A stretch of 64,000 nucleotides of DNA, from the NCBI GenBank assembly GCA_002189035.1, contig NEEC01000014.1:124001-188000 (forward strand), read 5' to 3'. This DNA is from Utricularia gibba (taxonomy: Eukaryota > Plantae > Magnoliophyta). The notes under the pieces are model-generated. The model made no database searches and was not told where the DNA came from. It saw only the letters and a program-made list of their open reading frames with translations. How positions within the stretch are numbered: the first letter of the stretch is position 1; each line of letters starts with the position of its first letter. The position numbers were made by a program, and so were the translations under genes. Shown one piece after another: positions 12,973 to 26,497 of this stretch.

Positions 12973-14090
12973 CTCCCACCCAGACAGTCAGTCGCTTTCC
13001 TAGCAGAGATGGCACAAATGATCCCAACACTACAAATTAAGAAACCTAAATAAATAGGATACTCGTCATAACGCAGTACGGTTTCTCCGACGGTAATAAT
13101 TTATTCTGTAATCGTCCAACGGTAACATTCCTCACCTTCCGGACTCCGGTCTATGGATGCTAACTTTCGCTAATTTTGAGCAACATCTTATTTGATTGGG
13201 TGGTTCTCAAATAAACTCATATCCATCCATCTCTCTCTATTATGAACTCAAACCTAAACCAAAGAAGGTGAGACTTGGTTTCAGAGCTCTGGGAGCGTGG
13301 GGATGGAGATGGCCTTGCAGGCACCCATATAACAAAAAAATCATGGAGCATACCCATATACTGAAATCAAAACAGAACCAGCCATCCCATCCCATGCGAG
13401 GGCCATGACTTTCCAGCTCATGCCCTTCAGGCTGGTGGACTTTCTTTCCTGTAGCAAGGGCATCCGCTCCACCAGATGGGATCCATGCCAACCTCCCAGC
13501 AAGACTCTCATGACCCACAGAGGTTCTTGATAACTGTGGTTCATCCTCTGTCTCAAATCTTCATCAAGTAAACAGAAGAAGAACAAAAGAAGCTATGGGA
13601 GCAGCGAATGGGACTGGGAGGCCTCATGTCATCTTCATGGCCCCGGAGTTGGCATCTCATTCGTATTTCACAAAAGTTTATGACCTTTGAAAATGATGAT
13701 CATGACACTGCAGAAGCACAAAAGGTTGCTACAAAAATGACTCATTTAAAACTATTATCTACCAACAAACATATCGGAGTACGAAATGGAGATGCTCCAA
13801 GCTAGCCGTAGAAAGAGGAAAACTATATCCACACCCACTTTACAAACCGATAAAAATTATAATTAGGAATTACGCGTTGGGGAGTTGTATTTTAGCCAGG
13901 CATGACTCATTTCACTATCATCTTATTACAGTATTTCGTAAAGTAGGAGAATTCGCATAGGGCATCCACATATGAAAAAAAAATAAAGATTTGATTTTGG
14001 GCAATGCTGAAATCCACCTGCACGACTGAACCCTGGCGAGCAAGTTCAGCTGAGCACAGCTCACTAGCACCTCGATCGTCCAAGTGGTTT

Positions 14091-16791
14091 CTAGTCTTCA
14101 ACGACATAACGGTTTCTTCGAGCGCCAAAAGCAATTCTCTGTGCATCACGAAGAACAGAACCACTTACTAGATTGCCAAGCGACATGAAAATCAGTTAGT
14201 GAAGAGGTTGATGGTGGTGAATGCTAACAGAGAAGATTTGTGTGTAGGCTTTCAATCCGGTGAGGAACCGTATGTAGGTTGTTTTTCGGGATCCACTTGT
14301 AACAACGGATCGAATGCTCGGGACAAGATATTCAGCAACCTGTGAACAGAAACTCAACTGTGAGTGCAGTGGCGGCATGCCCATTGGGATTTCCAGTGGC
14401 TAATGAAAAAAATCTCTTACCACATGAGCTGGTTCAGCCAGGACATTTATAAAGAACTTGGCCTGACAAGATAACATATCAGCAGAAGAGCAGTATGTTT
14501 CCAATTAAAATTAGGAACATTGTTGTACCTGCTTTGTGTTGGCACCTGACATGAGAAGATCTGTGGTGACCATTCCTGGCTGCAGAAAAATGAAGCAAAA
14601 TAAGTGACAAACACGGCAACTGAAATATAGAGCCCCTGCAGACTCGCATCATGGCGAAAATAAGCAACACAGCTTGCTAATAAGGAATATATTTGTGGGA
14701 CTCAAACTCAAAATGTCTCAGAACCAACAACCATGCTCCTGTGAAAGCATCCATCGAAAAGACGATATGCGATCATTAGCAGCTATACTTACCGAGAGAT
14801 TGTGCACGGTAACATTTTTCACGTCCTGCATCCTCAGTTCTGCCTGTGCATATTGACATATTGGCATGCATAAGATGACAGCTCATTCGTAAAAAATAAA
14901 ATTGCTTTTTGATTCATTCCACAGGAAGGGAACAAATAGACTACATGAAATATGCATCTTGATTCCCAGGCACAAATCCTTAGAAGGATCATGAACATGA
15001 TGCACTCAAAGTCAACTTTGTGCAAATGATTTGATAGGATTGGTATCAGAAAAGCACAGAACTACTTAGTTAAGCTTTAAGCATGCCTGAAGTGATTTTG
15101 TAAGATGCACCACACTTCGTTTGGTTGCCCCATATGCAGCGAATCTGAAAACCATGATACCATGGTTTTAAAGTTTAGTTAGGAAAAAAAAACATACATA
15201 TCACCAGAAGATTTGGCCTAAGTTAAAGGGATAAAAGGAGAAAAGTTTGATATTAACTTGAGAAGCAACCGACATCAGACCTTGGGGTAGGCCTTCCATC
15301 TGAACCAGCTCCATCAATGTTAAATATATGACCACCTCGCAGCTGCGTCTGCATCATCTTGAATGCCTATGAAGCAGTTATACATCAGCAGGAGATCATT
15401 TATAATGATTGGTCTCAGGTAATTGCATTCTCTTTTACCTCTCGACAACAGATCATAACACCCAGGGTATTCGTGGAGACAACTTCACTGCATTAAAGAT
15501 CATACTATATTTAAGCAACGAATATGATTTTAAAGTACGAATGAAACAACCATCACTGAAAATCACATCAAATCTTCATCAGATGCTTCCATCAGTGGTT
15601 TGAAACTATATGCATTTGACCCAGCATTATTTATCTGCATTACATTAATTAGAGCGACGTGAATTCTCTGATATCAGGCAAATGTGCAGATATAAATTCA
15701 AATACTGTGGTTCAATAGGCTCGTGGATGTCTTTAAAAAAGATATTCAAAATGAATCCATTTGATGATATCAGGTTATAAGCATATTATGGCATCCGTGT
15801 GCACAACATAGCAGAACAAGTTGTACTTGAACCAGTTCATTGTAGAACAAGTGAGTACCCATATGTCAATGTGGCCAAGTGATTCTTTTGCAAAACTAAC
15901 TAGGTTCTTCACATCATCCGCTCTCCGGACATCACAAATGGTACCCTGCATATCAAGCAAAACAAAAGCAGCAGATGCTCTTTCAAAGTTCCATTTAACT
16001 GGCTCCCTTTAGGGGAAAAAGGCTGAGTATTTTGCTATAAAACAAAATCCCCGAAATCTCATGAATTGATGAAGTTGAAAAGGAGGTACCCACACATGGT
16101 GCTTCCCTGTTTCAACTTTCAAGCTCGCAATCGCAGAATTTACCCGTTCCTCTGTAAACATAGTAAGGATGAGAGCTTATGCCAATGAGTTACACCATGC
16201 AGTCAATGAATGTAGACGTAAGTTATGGCTTATCTCCAGATATGAAGGACAGTGTTAAGCAATCCAAACCTGATCTGGAGCATATTATCACATTATCCCC
16301 AGCTTTAAGAAACTCTTTTGCAAGCGCATATCCTATTCCTGAAAAACCGTTACCATTCACTTCAGTGCTAAAACATCGTAGCTTCAGCATAATAAGGATC
16401 CAGTTTCCTAAAAGCATGCCAATATCATGATTTTTTGCATAGATTCACATTTAGATTCTAATATTCTGTAAAATTTGAATAAAAAAATTAAGCTGTCATC
16501 GCAACAAGCCCAGATAACTGGACAAGAACAGCACTGACCTTTACTTGAACCAGTAATTAAAACATTAAACGGCGGGAGCATTGATTCAGTTTGAGTGGGA
16601 GCGCTAAAAGAGTTGGCTATTGAAGAAGATGAAACAAGTCTAGGAAAACGTGTTCGGGATTGGCAATTGAGGTTATTGAGCTTTCTGCCCTCATTGAGAT
16701 GGAAGCTCAAGTATCTCGAGTAGCCCAGTTTTCTAATGGATTCAAAATGAAATGGGAAAGAAGAGACTGAGGTGGCCATTGCCATAGCCAT
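14091..16791 (-). CDS. NOL: Chlorophyll(ide) b reductase NOL (NYC1-like SDR), chloroplast
   Basis: Transit-like MAMAMATSVSS...; PPFNVLITGSSK|GIGYALAKEFLKAGDNVIICSRS (TGxxxGIG); catalytic YxxxK in RFAAYGATKRSVVHLTKSL; VAEYLVPSIR; last exon RIAFGARRNRYVVED* (stop 14091-14093). Confidence 0.93.
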
Positions 16792-17784
16792 CGTTTCTTC
16801 GATTGGCAATAAGACCAATAGGATAGAAAACTCTCATTCCAGTCCGACGAAACGGATCCGAAACTATAAAAATGCGAGCTTTATTTTATTATTGGACATT
16901 TGGACTCAAATTTTGAGTATTTTTTTTCATTTGCACAAAAAAGGTGCGGTTTGGAACTCATTTAATGCTGTTGGTCTGAATTTTGTGAAGAAAAATAAAT
17001 GTAATGGCGGTGGCAGAAGTTAATCAGAGGCGCAGTCAACGGCAGGCTCTTCAAACCACAGCAAAACCTCGCACCAAGGGTTGAGTGAGTGTTTCTGGAA
17101 TAACGCGATAATGATGCTGTTCGTATGAGACCCAGCGAGCGAGTGCGGTTACGCCGGTGTCGTTTCGTTTTGTTGCTCTTTTCACGGTGAAGTGAAGCTT
17201 GAGAAACGTATCTGTTAGAGACTCTTGTCACCCAGATCGGGGACAAGGAAGAGGGAGCCGGGTTCTTTTCTTGTACGACTCGAGAATGACCCCTTTCGAT
17301 TTCCAGTTCACCTGTTCTTTCATTTTTCTTCAGGGTGTTTTGGAGTATCATGATGGACGTTTTTTTTTTCTTTTGTGATGAGCTCCTCGTGTTTTTTCGT
17401 GAATTTTGGTTAGTTTCGTGTTTTGGCCTGCAAATGGGAATGAGAGGAATGAGCGTTTGAAAGGTTCGTTCTTTTGGGATTTTCTACCGGGAGGTGGAAA
17501 TTTTGCTTTTTAACGCCGTGAATTTGGAGTTTTGGCTTCTTTGTTATCATCTTGAGATTATGGTGAACGTTTTAAACCAACCCTAGTACGTATATATCAT
17601 GATTTTCTTGTGGGCGTTTCCACTGTTTTCACATCAAAGTCAAATTGAGTTGATCCGGTCATCTTCATTTACATGTTGTTTTCACATAGTTTCAATTATC
17701 GTAGTCGTCAGAAAACAGGAGGTTATGGTTCACGTCTTGGAGTAATGCCATCACATTTTGTAGGCTCTTTTTCGTTGCAGGGCA

Positions 17785-19465
17785 ATGGGGCGGGAGGATT
17801 TCGGGTCGTCCAATGTGGCCAGCACCCAAGGTAGTGATAAAGGCTCACCTGAAAATTCCACAAATCACACTGCAAATGGGCTGACTACGGAAGAGGAACA
17901 AGAAGTTTTAGAAGGAAAAATTGTAGGTCATGAGCCAGACGAAAAGATAATTGAGGCAGAGGTTCAGAACTTGAACGGGATGAAGTTAAGCTCGCCTTCT
18001 AAAACTGCCTCAGTATCTGCAACCAATGAAATGATGAATGGGAATTCTCTTTCCCGTCCTCCTGAACCAGATAATAAGATGGTGGTTAGTTCATTTGTTT
18101 CTGTATTCACGCTGATTCTTATGACAAACATGAAAGATATCTGGTAGGAAAAAGTGATCCTCACTATTGTTTCATTCTTGTAGCCTTTCCTAGTGAGTTT
18201 CATGTGCAAATCCTAGATATTACTGATTGGCATATTTTAGATTTAACTTTCTAAATTTGGTTGTGATGGTGGCTGTTTTCATGCCCAGCAGAACACTCAC
18301 ATTGTGGAGAGGAAACATCGCTATCCTAGCACCAGAAGCCACTTTGATGAAGAGGACAATTGGTCTTTGTCTTCATCGTATCCTATATCAGCACTCTTCT
18401 TTTTTATGTTGTTTTCTTTCTTTAACTTTCTTCTACTTGTTTGAAAATAGTTTGTCCTTAGCTACGCTTAGTATTGCAACTTCTGTACGCACTACCAAAG
18501 TTACTGTTCCAGTTGCTCCAAGGTTTAATTGTGTTGATCGTCTGCAGAGGCGCAAGGAAGTATGTCTCCATGATGAACAGCTATTATGTCCCTCTTTTGT
18601 TATTATATTATGATACTACTTATTTGATGCCATTTCCATCACTAGTTTTACTCCAAGTTAGAGGAGAAACACAAGGCCTTGGAAAAGGAAAAGCATGACT
18701 ATGAAGCCAGAGTCAAGGCAAGACAATTTTTTTTGCTACGTGCCTTCTTTTCATATTTATTTGGGATAGCATGGAATTTGATCCTATTCGTTTACGAAAT
18801 CAATAGGAAGAAGACCAAGCAGCTCTAAAATTGCTGAGAAAGAACATGAGCTACAAAGCCAATCCAGTTCCCAGTTTTTATCGTGAAGGACCTCCTGCAA
18901 AAGTTGAGCTAAAAAAGGTAATCCGTAGATAGATCTAGATAAAGGCAAGCATTGGTGGTGGGAAGAGGGCCTCACGAGGGTCATGACCTTGTCCCTCCCA
19001 CCTTTCTTCATTCATGGATTTGTCTAGCGTAAAGTTAAAGAACAATCCGTCCAGTTAGGAAGTTGCTAATGTCGTGGGGTGGCAGTTTTAGCATTTGGCT
19101 CGAGACACCTTGAAGAAAAACAAAGCCTTTACTTATTCTGTTGTGTTTTGGGGTCTGCAGATCCCAGTTACCCGTGCAAAGTCCCCAAATTTTAGTGGCA
19201 GAAAGAGCTGCGGTGATGCTGGTGGAGTCACGAAGACATCACCGTCAGGAAAGGTAGTCCGAACCCGGCATAGCACTGGAGCAACCAAAGTAGCAGCACA
19301 AGCTCCGTCTCCCCTCAGCTCAAAGAGCAAGACTCAAAATTGCTCTCCTGTGCCCATGGGTCGGGTAAAACCCGAGCCACACGCAGTCAAATCAGAAAGG
19401 CTAATGAAGCTGACATCTGCTGTGAAGAAGGGAAAGCAAACGCAGACATGGGCGCTGCATCTTGA
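17785..19465 (+). CDS. WDL: WVD2-like microtubule-associated protein (TPX2 C-terminal/KLEEK domain)
   Basis: SHFDEEDNWSLSS, VTVPVAPRF...RRKE|FYSKLEEKHKALEKEK, LLRKNMSYKANPVPSFYREGPPAKVELKK|IPVTRAKSP. One GC-AG intron (18718-18806). The likely end NADMGAAS* (19465) needs +1 C at 19353-55; as written the frame reads on to 19649. Confidence 0.88.
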
Positions 19466-19987
19466 AGTTGAACGTACATCTGGAGTATCCCTTCCTCCGG
19501 TTTTGGAAGAGTTTCCTAATAGCCTACTGGTTTGGAATTTTGAGCTTCACTGTGGTGCCACGCTTGTCCATTTCCTTGACTGTAGACTTGGAGCTCCCTT
19601 TTCATGTTTTCTAGAAATCTTAAATGGTCACCCAGAAATTCATGCATAAAATAGAAAAAGGAAGGGGATACAAGATTCATGGAATACGAAGCACATCCAC
19701 CACAGATGATCGAGTGATGTCCGTGGGTTCCTCCAAAGTGGTGTGCGCGTGTCCGTGTTTCCTCCAAGAAATAGTATTACATCATGAGAGTTTTGTGCTG
19801 GGCAAAGAGAACGCGAGGAGCCCCGAAACCCACGGAGCTTCTCCTATTTATATAAGTTGCGCCTTCCCCCCAACCGGTGCCTTTGTTTCCTAGCAACCGT
19901 CACGGCGGACTGAGGCGGTTCTCCACCTTCCCTCCGCCGTGGCCACTGTTACATATAGTTGGAATCGTTTTTTTGATTTGAAAGAAA

Positions 19988-20755
19988 ATGGAACACCTAC
20001 AAAGGCCATCGTCGTGCTCTTCCACCCCGCCGTCCGACCCCAATGAGGACCTGCAGCGGTTGGAGCACGCGCCGCCGTTCTGGAGAAACGCGAACCCACG
20101 CAAAAAGCTGTCGAAGCAGCTGTCGATGTGCGAGGTTCCTCGTGACTTAGCGTGGGAGAGGCGACGGCGCCAGTTTCTCCGGCAGGAGCGGCGGCGGAAT
20201 GGGATCAAGATCAACGTTAGTAGCGAGTCTGACTTATTGACGGACGAGGATCTCAGCGAGCTCAAAGGGTGCATAGAGCTGGGGTTCGGATTCAATGAAC
20301 AGAATGGGCAACGTCTCTGTTCCACCATTCCCGCGTTGGATCTCTATTTCGCCGTCAATAGACAGCTTTCCAGCAGCCCTGTTTCCAGCCCCGGCAGCAC
20401 CTCCTCCGCCACCCTCGGCGAACGCTCCCCCTCCGCCGGCAGCTCCACCTCCGATTCCGATTCCTTCAAAATCATCTCCCCCGGTAACTAACTAAACCAA
20501 GCCGTCGCGTTACCGTTTTTTAGTAAAAAAAAAAAAAAAAGTTGTTTTTGGAGGTGATCTTTCAATACGTGAAAGAAAATTGTGGAAAAGAAGATTTCAT
20601 GAAGACGAAAGTGGTTATGGAGGTGGGCCCACCATGTTGTAAAGTGAGCGTTTGTTTGTCTTGTGTCCTGCGCAGGCGAAGATCCTCAGCACATCAAAAC
20701 AAAACTAAGGCACTGGGCGCAGGCCGTGGCGTGCTCTCTGAAGCAGTCCTCTTGA
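19988..20755 (+). CDS. DUF1685 family protein, 2 exons (19988-20483, 20676-20755)
   Basis: LTDEDLSELKGCIELGFGF...LCSTIPALDLYFAVN, then ISPG|EDPQHIKTKLRHWAQAVAC, which are DUF1685 hallmarks. Confidence 0.92.
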
Positions 20756-21202
20756 AAACCCAGATGTGGATCAGATCAGGGCGCCTCAGTTTCTTCGGTT
20801 TTCTTTCTTTGGTTTCTCTCTCTCTCTCTCCCTGCCTAAGAAAGGAACATCTGGCAAGTGCCTGCCTCATTGGCTGGAACTCAGACTCTTGTACTTATTT
20901 CTAGTAACAAGTACTCGCATTTTGAATTTAAATTAAAATCTGGATTGGCAGTGACTGCCAACAAAAGATCATCAGACCCAACCAATCCGCCGGACAAGGC
21001 TGGTTCTTGTGCGCCAAACAGTTGAAGTTCGTTCAAACGCTAAACCAAGCATCCTCTTGAAAGCCCACCTCGAAGAAGTTGCAGACTTTTGACATGGCTT
21101 GCTTGACTTTTCTGGATGCATATTCCAATGTTTCACGAGCTCAAGTCCAAGTCAAAATTCTTGTCATCTGTAACATGGAAGACTTGTATCACACTTTCAC
21201 GA

Positions 21203-23990
21203 TCACGCCTTCTCATCTCTGTAGCCTGAAGCCTTGCCACTTCTCCCGGTCAGAAAGCTCCCTGGAGAGGAGGGGAGCTGGTGCCGTTAAGATCCAGGCC
21301 CTGGTAGGAACGCCTGGACAGATATTCAGCCCCTGATTTCGCTGCTGTCTTTGGGATCAAGGAGAGCTGTCCCTATTGTTTCTAATTTGGAGGGATCGAT
21401 TGGCAGCGTCTACCAGAGCAAGAACAGGATCACTCTTCGACTCGCATGTAACTGCATCTCTACCTGATAACAAGTAGACAAAGAATATCAGCATTGCTGA
21501 TTCTGGAACCACTCCATCGATTTGGAATGTCTTCTATATCTCAGGATGGAGAATGAGGATGTGAAGAAATGGGCACCTTGTGGGTTCTGGTCTTCAACAT
21601 ACCCTCCCTTGATGAAAGAAAACCGTGCTTCTTCATGCTCCTTAATTGTCGTGGAAGAAACCGAGCTTGTCAAATCTCTGAAGTCCAATGCATAAGCTCC
21701 AGTCCACTGGCATCCCCTACATATTCAGCCAACAATTGCACTTAGCCGACACAAAAATGCACGTGCTTGAAAAACTACTATAGGGGGAAATGAGGAAAAA
21801 ATAATGGTGGGACACGGAGGGCAAGGGAAGGCGTGAGATCCATTCCATTTCTGCAAATGTGGATTCTTAAATCTGTCAAACTATAACGGATGTGCTGTTG
21901 CATGTGCACTCAAACTACAAAGGGAGAGTTGTCATCTTTCTTTCAACTGAATCATGGTTTCTTACGTAAAAGATAACTTGACGATCCCATAGTATTCCTA
22001 GGCCAATTCAATATTGGAGGAGTACCTGTCCAACGCAACCATGGCTTCAAATGGTGTAATCACAGGAGCCAAGAAATCTTTGCTATCCAAGAGTGCCGTT
22101 TGGGCGCAGGAGACATGAACAAATGCATCACACTTTGAAGGCACATGAGGCATATAAGAACTTGGGCGAATTATAGGAAAAAAAAAACACAATGAAATTG
22201 AAAGACTACAAGTTCGTACCTCAGGAAAATTGGCGAGTTTAGAAGGATTTGGCTTTCCCATGACAAAAGTATATGACTTTTTCCCAGCATTCTCTATCAG
22301 TTCTCTCATCAGGTGAATAGTGTGAAGATAGCCAGCTGCAAGGCAACGGTGACTATGAAGAGACTCCTGCATGTACAAAGAAAAAAAATTGAAATATTCA
22401 TATGAAGGACTGCCACCTGCTCCAAGTGTTCCCACCAAGATTCCAATCATGGAGGCATCCTTCACCTTCTCGATTAGATAGTACCTAAAAATTTCTAAAG
22501 AGCAATGAATAACATAGTTTTGTACTATGGACGAGAAAAAAATATTGAGTACCTTCGCTTTAATATCCTCTTCTGGGAGGATAAGTCAAACTCCAGACGA
22601 TCTTCTGTTGCATCATATCTAACTAAAACAATGCAAAACAGTGGTGTTATGTTTGTACTAAAACTGCTGAAGGACAAGAAATAGACTCTGATTCGAACCT
22701 ATTTCAGAGCTGTTGAAAGTCAAGACAGCATTTGCAAATGCTTGATTCTCCAATCCAATCCAGAAGATCAGGTAATCTTCCATTGTTCGCCCATTAGGCA
22801 GTCTCCAACTCAAACCACCTATGCTATGGTATTCACCCTTCTCTTCTAGGTGGCGTTCGCTGCAAGCATTGTTAGCCAATCTTCCTGAATTCGCCTGAAT
22901 ACCAGATGGCCACATAACTGAACAGCTTAAATCAGCAATAGATATTTCTACTGCAGGTAAAGGACCATGTGAACTTTGTAAACCGGACTCTAGCAATTCT
23001 TTTAATTCTGGCATTGCATAGGCGTATTCCAGTCCACAAAGAACCTGGCGAATGGATAAGAATTTTATGTCATTGGCGATAAAAGCATCAAATGGTACTG
23101 GAAAACATCACATTGATTTGTCCATTGACTATTGATTCACACAAGGAACAATTAGCATGCCTATAAAAGCGGGTAAATACAGAAAAAAGCGAAAGAAAAA
23201 TAGAACCATGATACCATACCAAAACAGGCTTGTTACTTTTCACCCCATAATCAATTAAGCACTTGGCACATTTTTCCACCACGATTTGATCTTTTCCAAA
23301 AATGAACAGTGCTGGAAGAGTTGACGTACTGACAATAAGATGATCAGCCAAGAAGTCAAGTGGTAATTCGAAAACACTTGCGTTATGAAAGCTTGAGTAC
23401 AAAATATGCAACTAAGCCACAAACTAGGGAGCATTGCTTGCCGAAACCAATCCATTATTCGATTTTGAACTACTATATGGCGATCTTCAAACTGCTCTGG
23501 TTCGAAGTAAATAGTCAGGTTGTCAAAAGGACACCTTGAAACTTAAAAGCTAGATAAAAACGAACTGCTAAGCGTTTGTGAAAAATCAAAGAACATTTTC
23601 AATTTCTAGTAAATCACAAAGAACACTATGCATGATGGAAAAACCAGTGAACTTACGGGCTAAGGCATGTGTGCCCATAATGAACGACGCATTGGGAATT
23701 AACATGGGCCGCACCAACTTCATCCACACAGCAGCTCCCATAAGTAGTATCAGCCATTACGTAGAGCTTCACTTGTGGATTGAGAACCCGTCGTAAAGCC
23801 CTCACAACCCTCATAGAATCTTTCAATAGGCCATCGGGAAACTAAATAGAGTAAAAGATGAAACTTTAGATTCGAAACGAAGAAAAAGTTGCAACTTTTC
23901 GGTCAGTACCTGCAATGCTACCCTTACATATCCATGATCTCTGATGAATTCTGCTACGCGAGGTATCTCATAATAGGTTTCTAAATCCAT
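21203..23990 (-). CDS. DPH2: Diphthamide biosynthesis protein 2
   Basis: [27 protein letters not shown]|FPD; [10 protein letters not shown]; [16 protein letters not shown]; [27 protein letters not shown]; C-terminal GRSGKASGY. The last exon needs two +1 repairs (21371-73, 21272-75). Confidence 0.9.
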
Positions 23991-24328
23991 CGCTCCGAAA
24001 CCAGACCAACAAATCCCAAGAAAGATAGCAGATTACCGTTCAAATCATTGCTCAGCAAAGAACAATATTCAGAACCACACGCTTGTTCATTGCCAAATGA
24101 AATTGATATTAGGGTTTAGGTTAGGGCTTTTTGGGGCCAATAATTATATATATAAAAAAACTCCCTGTAGAAAGGATACTGTCCCAGACGGCGTCGTATA
24201 ATCCGTCTTGGAGGGGTAAGTAAACCGAGGAGCCAAATTTCTCGATTTCGTCAGGGTTCTAAAAATAGTGGGGAAGTTGCGTAGCGTTACCTACACGGTT
24301 TATCGGCGCGAATCGATAAACAGTAGTC
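23991..24328. promoter_or_regulatory. Divergent DPH2/PITH promoter (338 bp) with telo-box
   Basis: TAGGGTTT (reverse complement AAACCCTA) at 24110-24117, then a partial TTAGGG, a GGGCC and a TATATA run at about 24145-24153. Confidence 0.55.
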
Positions 24329-25826
24329 ATGTCCGGCGAATCGGGAAGTGCTTCTCAGCGAGGCCAAGTGATTCGCCTTTCTCTAACATTTGTTGTTTCT
24401 GCCACGTTCATTTGGTTTGAATGTCTTGGTTATTTTTCTTCGCTCTTTCAGGTTGATTTACTGGACTTCGTGGACTGGTCGAGGGTGGAATGCTTGAACC
24501 AAAGCGCCAGCCACTCTCTTTCAAACGCTCTCAAACAGGTTTTGTGGATCTCTTGATTACGAGTCTTGTTGCTTTAGTTTTGGCATTCGGTACCGTATGC
24601 TGGATTTTGAATGGGATGTTTATCTTATTATGCAAATCAGGGTTATAGAGAAGATGATGGTTTGAATTTGGCGAGTGATGACGATGAACAGCTGCTGATA
24701 TACATTCCCTTTAGTCAAGTTATCAAGCTTCACTCTCTTTTGATAAAAGGCCCAGCAGAAGAAGGTAGCAGCCTGTCCTTGATAACATTCAGCTGTTATT
24801 TAGATGGCTTCGCATCCAACTTTTATGATTATAACACGTTGCGCTGAATCCTTGCACCCTCTAAAGAATATGTAAATCACTTTCATTTTATCAAAAAACT
24901 TAATTTTTGAACCATTATTTTGTTGTGAGGATAAAACTTGAAGTGTTGGTGGTGAAAATCCGCTTGTCAATTTTTTGGTTACAAATGGTGACAGCTTATG
25001 AATTAAGAACAGGGACTTCAATAATTAGCAATTGAGGAATTGTACCTTTCATCAGGATAATCTTAAGGTGCTATATAGTTGTTGTTCAAACATGCAGGTC
25101 CAAAGACTGTGAAGCTTTTCGCTAACCGCGAGAACATGGGCTTCAGGTACTCCATTTGGTCAGTCTAACCTGTAGTACCCTTGCAATGATTTCTGATTGA
25201 TGTTTTATGCAGTAATGTTAATGATTTCCCACCAAGTGATGTGGTCGATTTATCCGCAGATAACCTTGAGGTAAACTAAATTTATGTGTTGTCTTTTTTC
25301 GCTTATCATTTGAACTTCATCGTTGGCCCCTGGTAAGCATGCGTGATACATTTATTTCAGGGTAAACCAGTTGTCCTTAAGTATGTTAAATTTCAAAGTG
25401 TTCGAAGGTATCCTCTGCCCATTTTTCTGTATTTAGCTTGACTTTTTTTTATCTATTACTCTATACGCATAATGCAACTTCTTTCGGGCAGCTTGACAAT
25501 TTTCATCGAGGACAATCAGTCTGGTTCCGAACAAACCAAGGTGCAAAAGATTGTTCTCTATGGCACGACGTAAGCTTTCTGTCTCATGATTTACAGATCA
25601 AAACATTCTTTTTTGTTTGTTGCTTCATGCCCATAGAACTTCAGCATCATGATCCATGGGATTTTGCTACACGTGCTTCATATTTTTCTCAATGTTCCAT
25701 CATCATGTATTCGATCTCCATTGGAGGTTTGTTCAACCATTTGCCCTTACTGGTTTATGTATCTACAAATGTACCAGTGTTCAGACGACAGATATGAAAG
25801 GTCTGAAGAAGATCGAGGATCACTGA
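24329..25826 (+). CDS. PITH domain-containing protein (At3g04780-like), 8 exons
   Basis: [13 protein letters not shown]|[17 protein letters not shown]; [21 protein letters not shown]; [17 protein letters not shown]|NVNDFPPSD; [15 protein letters not shown]; [11 protein letters not shown]; [10 protein letters not shown] (TGA 25824-26). Confidence 0.93.
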
Positions 25827-26193
25827 TGAATTGTAACCCCAGAGCGATGGAAATTGGTATTTTAGACCCGTCAGGTTTGAAACAGGAAGGTTGATGTCTT
25901 GATTGGTAAAATGTTTCTATGGGTTTAGAAAGTTCTATTTTCTTTCGAGACAAATCAACAAATGTGGATCAATGCGATTTCGATGACATTCTATTTCATA
26001 AGATCCTTTTTCTGCTTTTTTCCCCCAGTTCCCTAACAGGGACAATTAAATCTGTAAATGGTGTTCAAAGAGATAAGAAATCGTGCTTTAGATTATGGAG
26101 TTTTCCACTTAGTCGAATATGATCTGTCCACACAAAATTGGGCCCCTTGTGTTTTATTTTTTATGTTTATTTTTCCTTGAAACGTTAATCAAC

Positions 26194-26270
26194 TGGGCCT
26201 CTCTATGTGTACGGTCCCAGAAGAGATCTCTGGGCTCTGAGGCCCAACAAACAAATCAACTAGTTGGGCC
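26194..26270. promoter_or_regulatory. Cluster of four site II (TGGGCY) elements upstream of PRP22
   Basis: TGGGCC 26194, TGGGCT 26231, GGCCCA 26241, TGGGCC 26265. Site II motifs are typical of TCP-bound housekeeping promoters. Confidence 0.55.
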
Positions 26271-26497
26271 TATTCGTCTATTCGTCTGTCCGATTTAGTG
26301 ACAGCTATCCCTCGTCGGAGAGGGGACGCGAGGGCGTACTACCTTTGAAGTTTTTTAGGGACGGCTTCCTGTCTACTTTTGCGTTTTCGTGGGTGATTTG
26401 CGTGGATCTTTTGGGTGGGGATTCATCGCGAAAGGAGATTTTTATGCATCGCAGACCTCAATCCCCGCTGCATCATTAACAGTTGCCGTCAGTCAAT

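Noticed and set aside
24109-24127. TTAGGGTTTAGGTTAGGG as an interstitial telomere or fusion scar
   Set aside because: Only 2-3 imperfect units in a promoter; a telo-box explains it.
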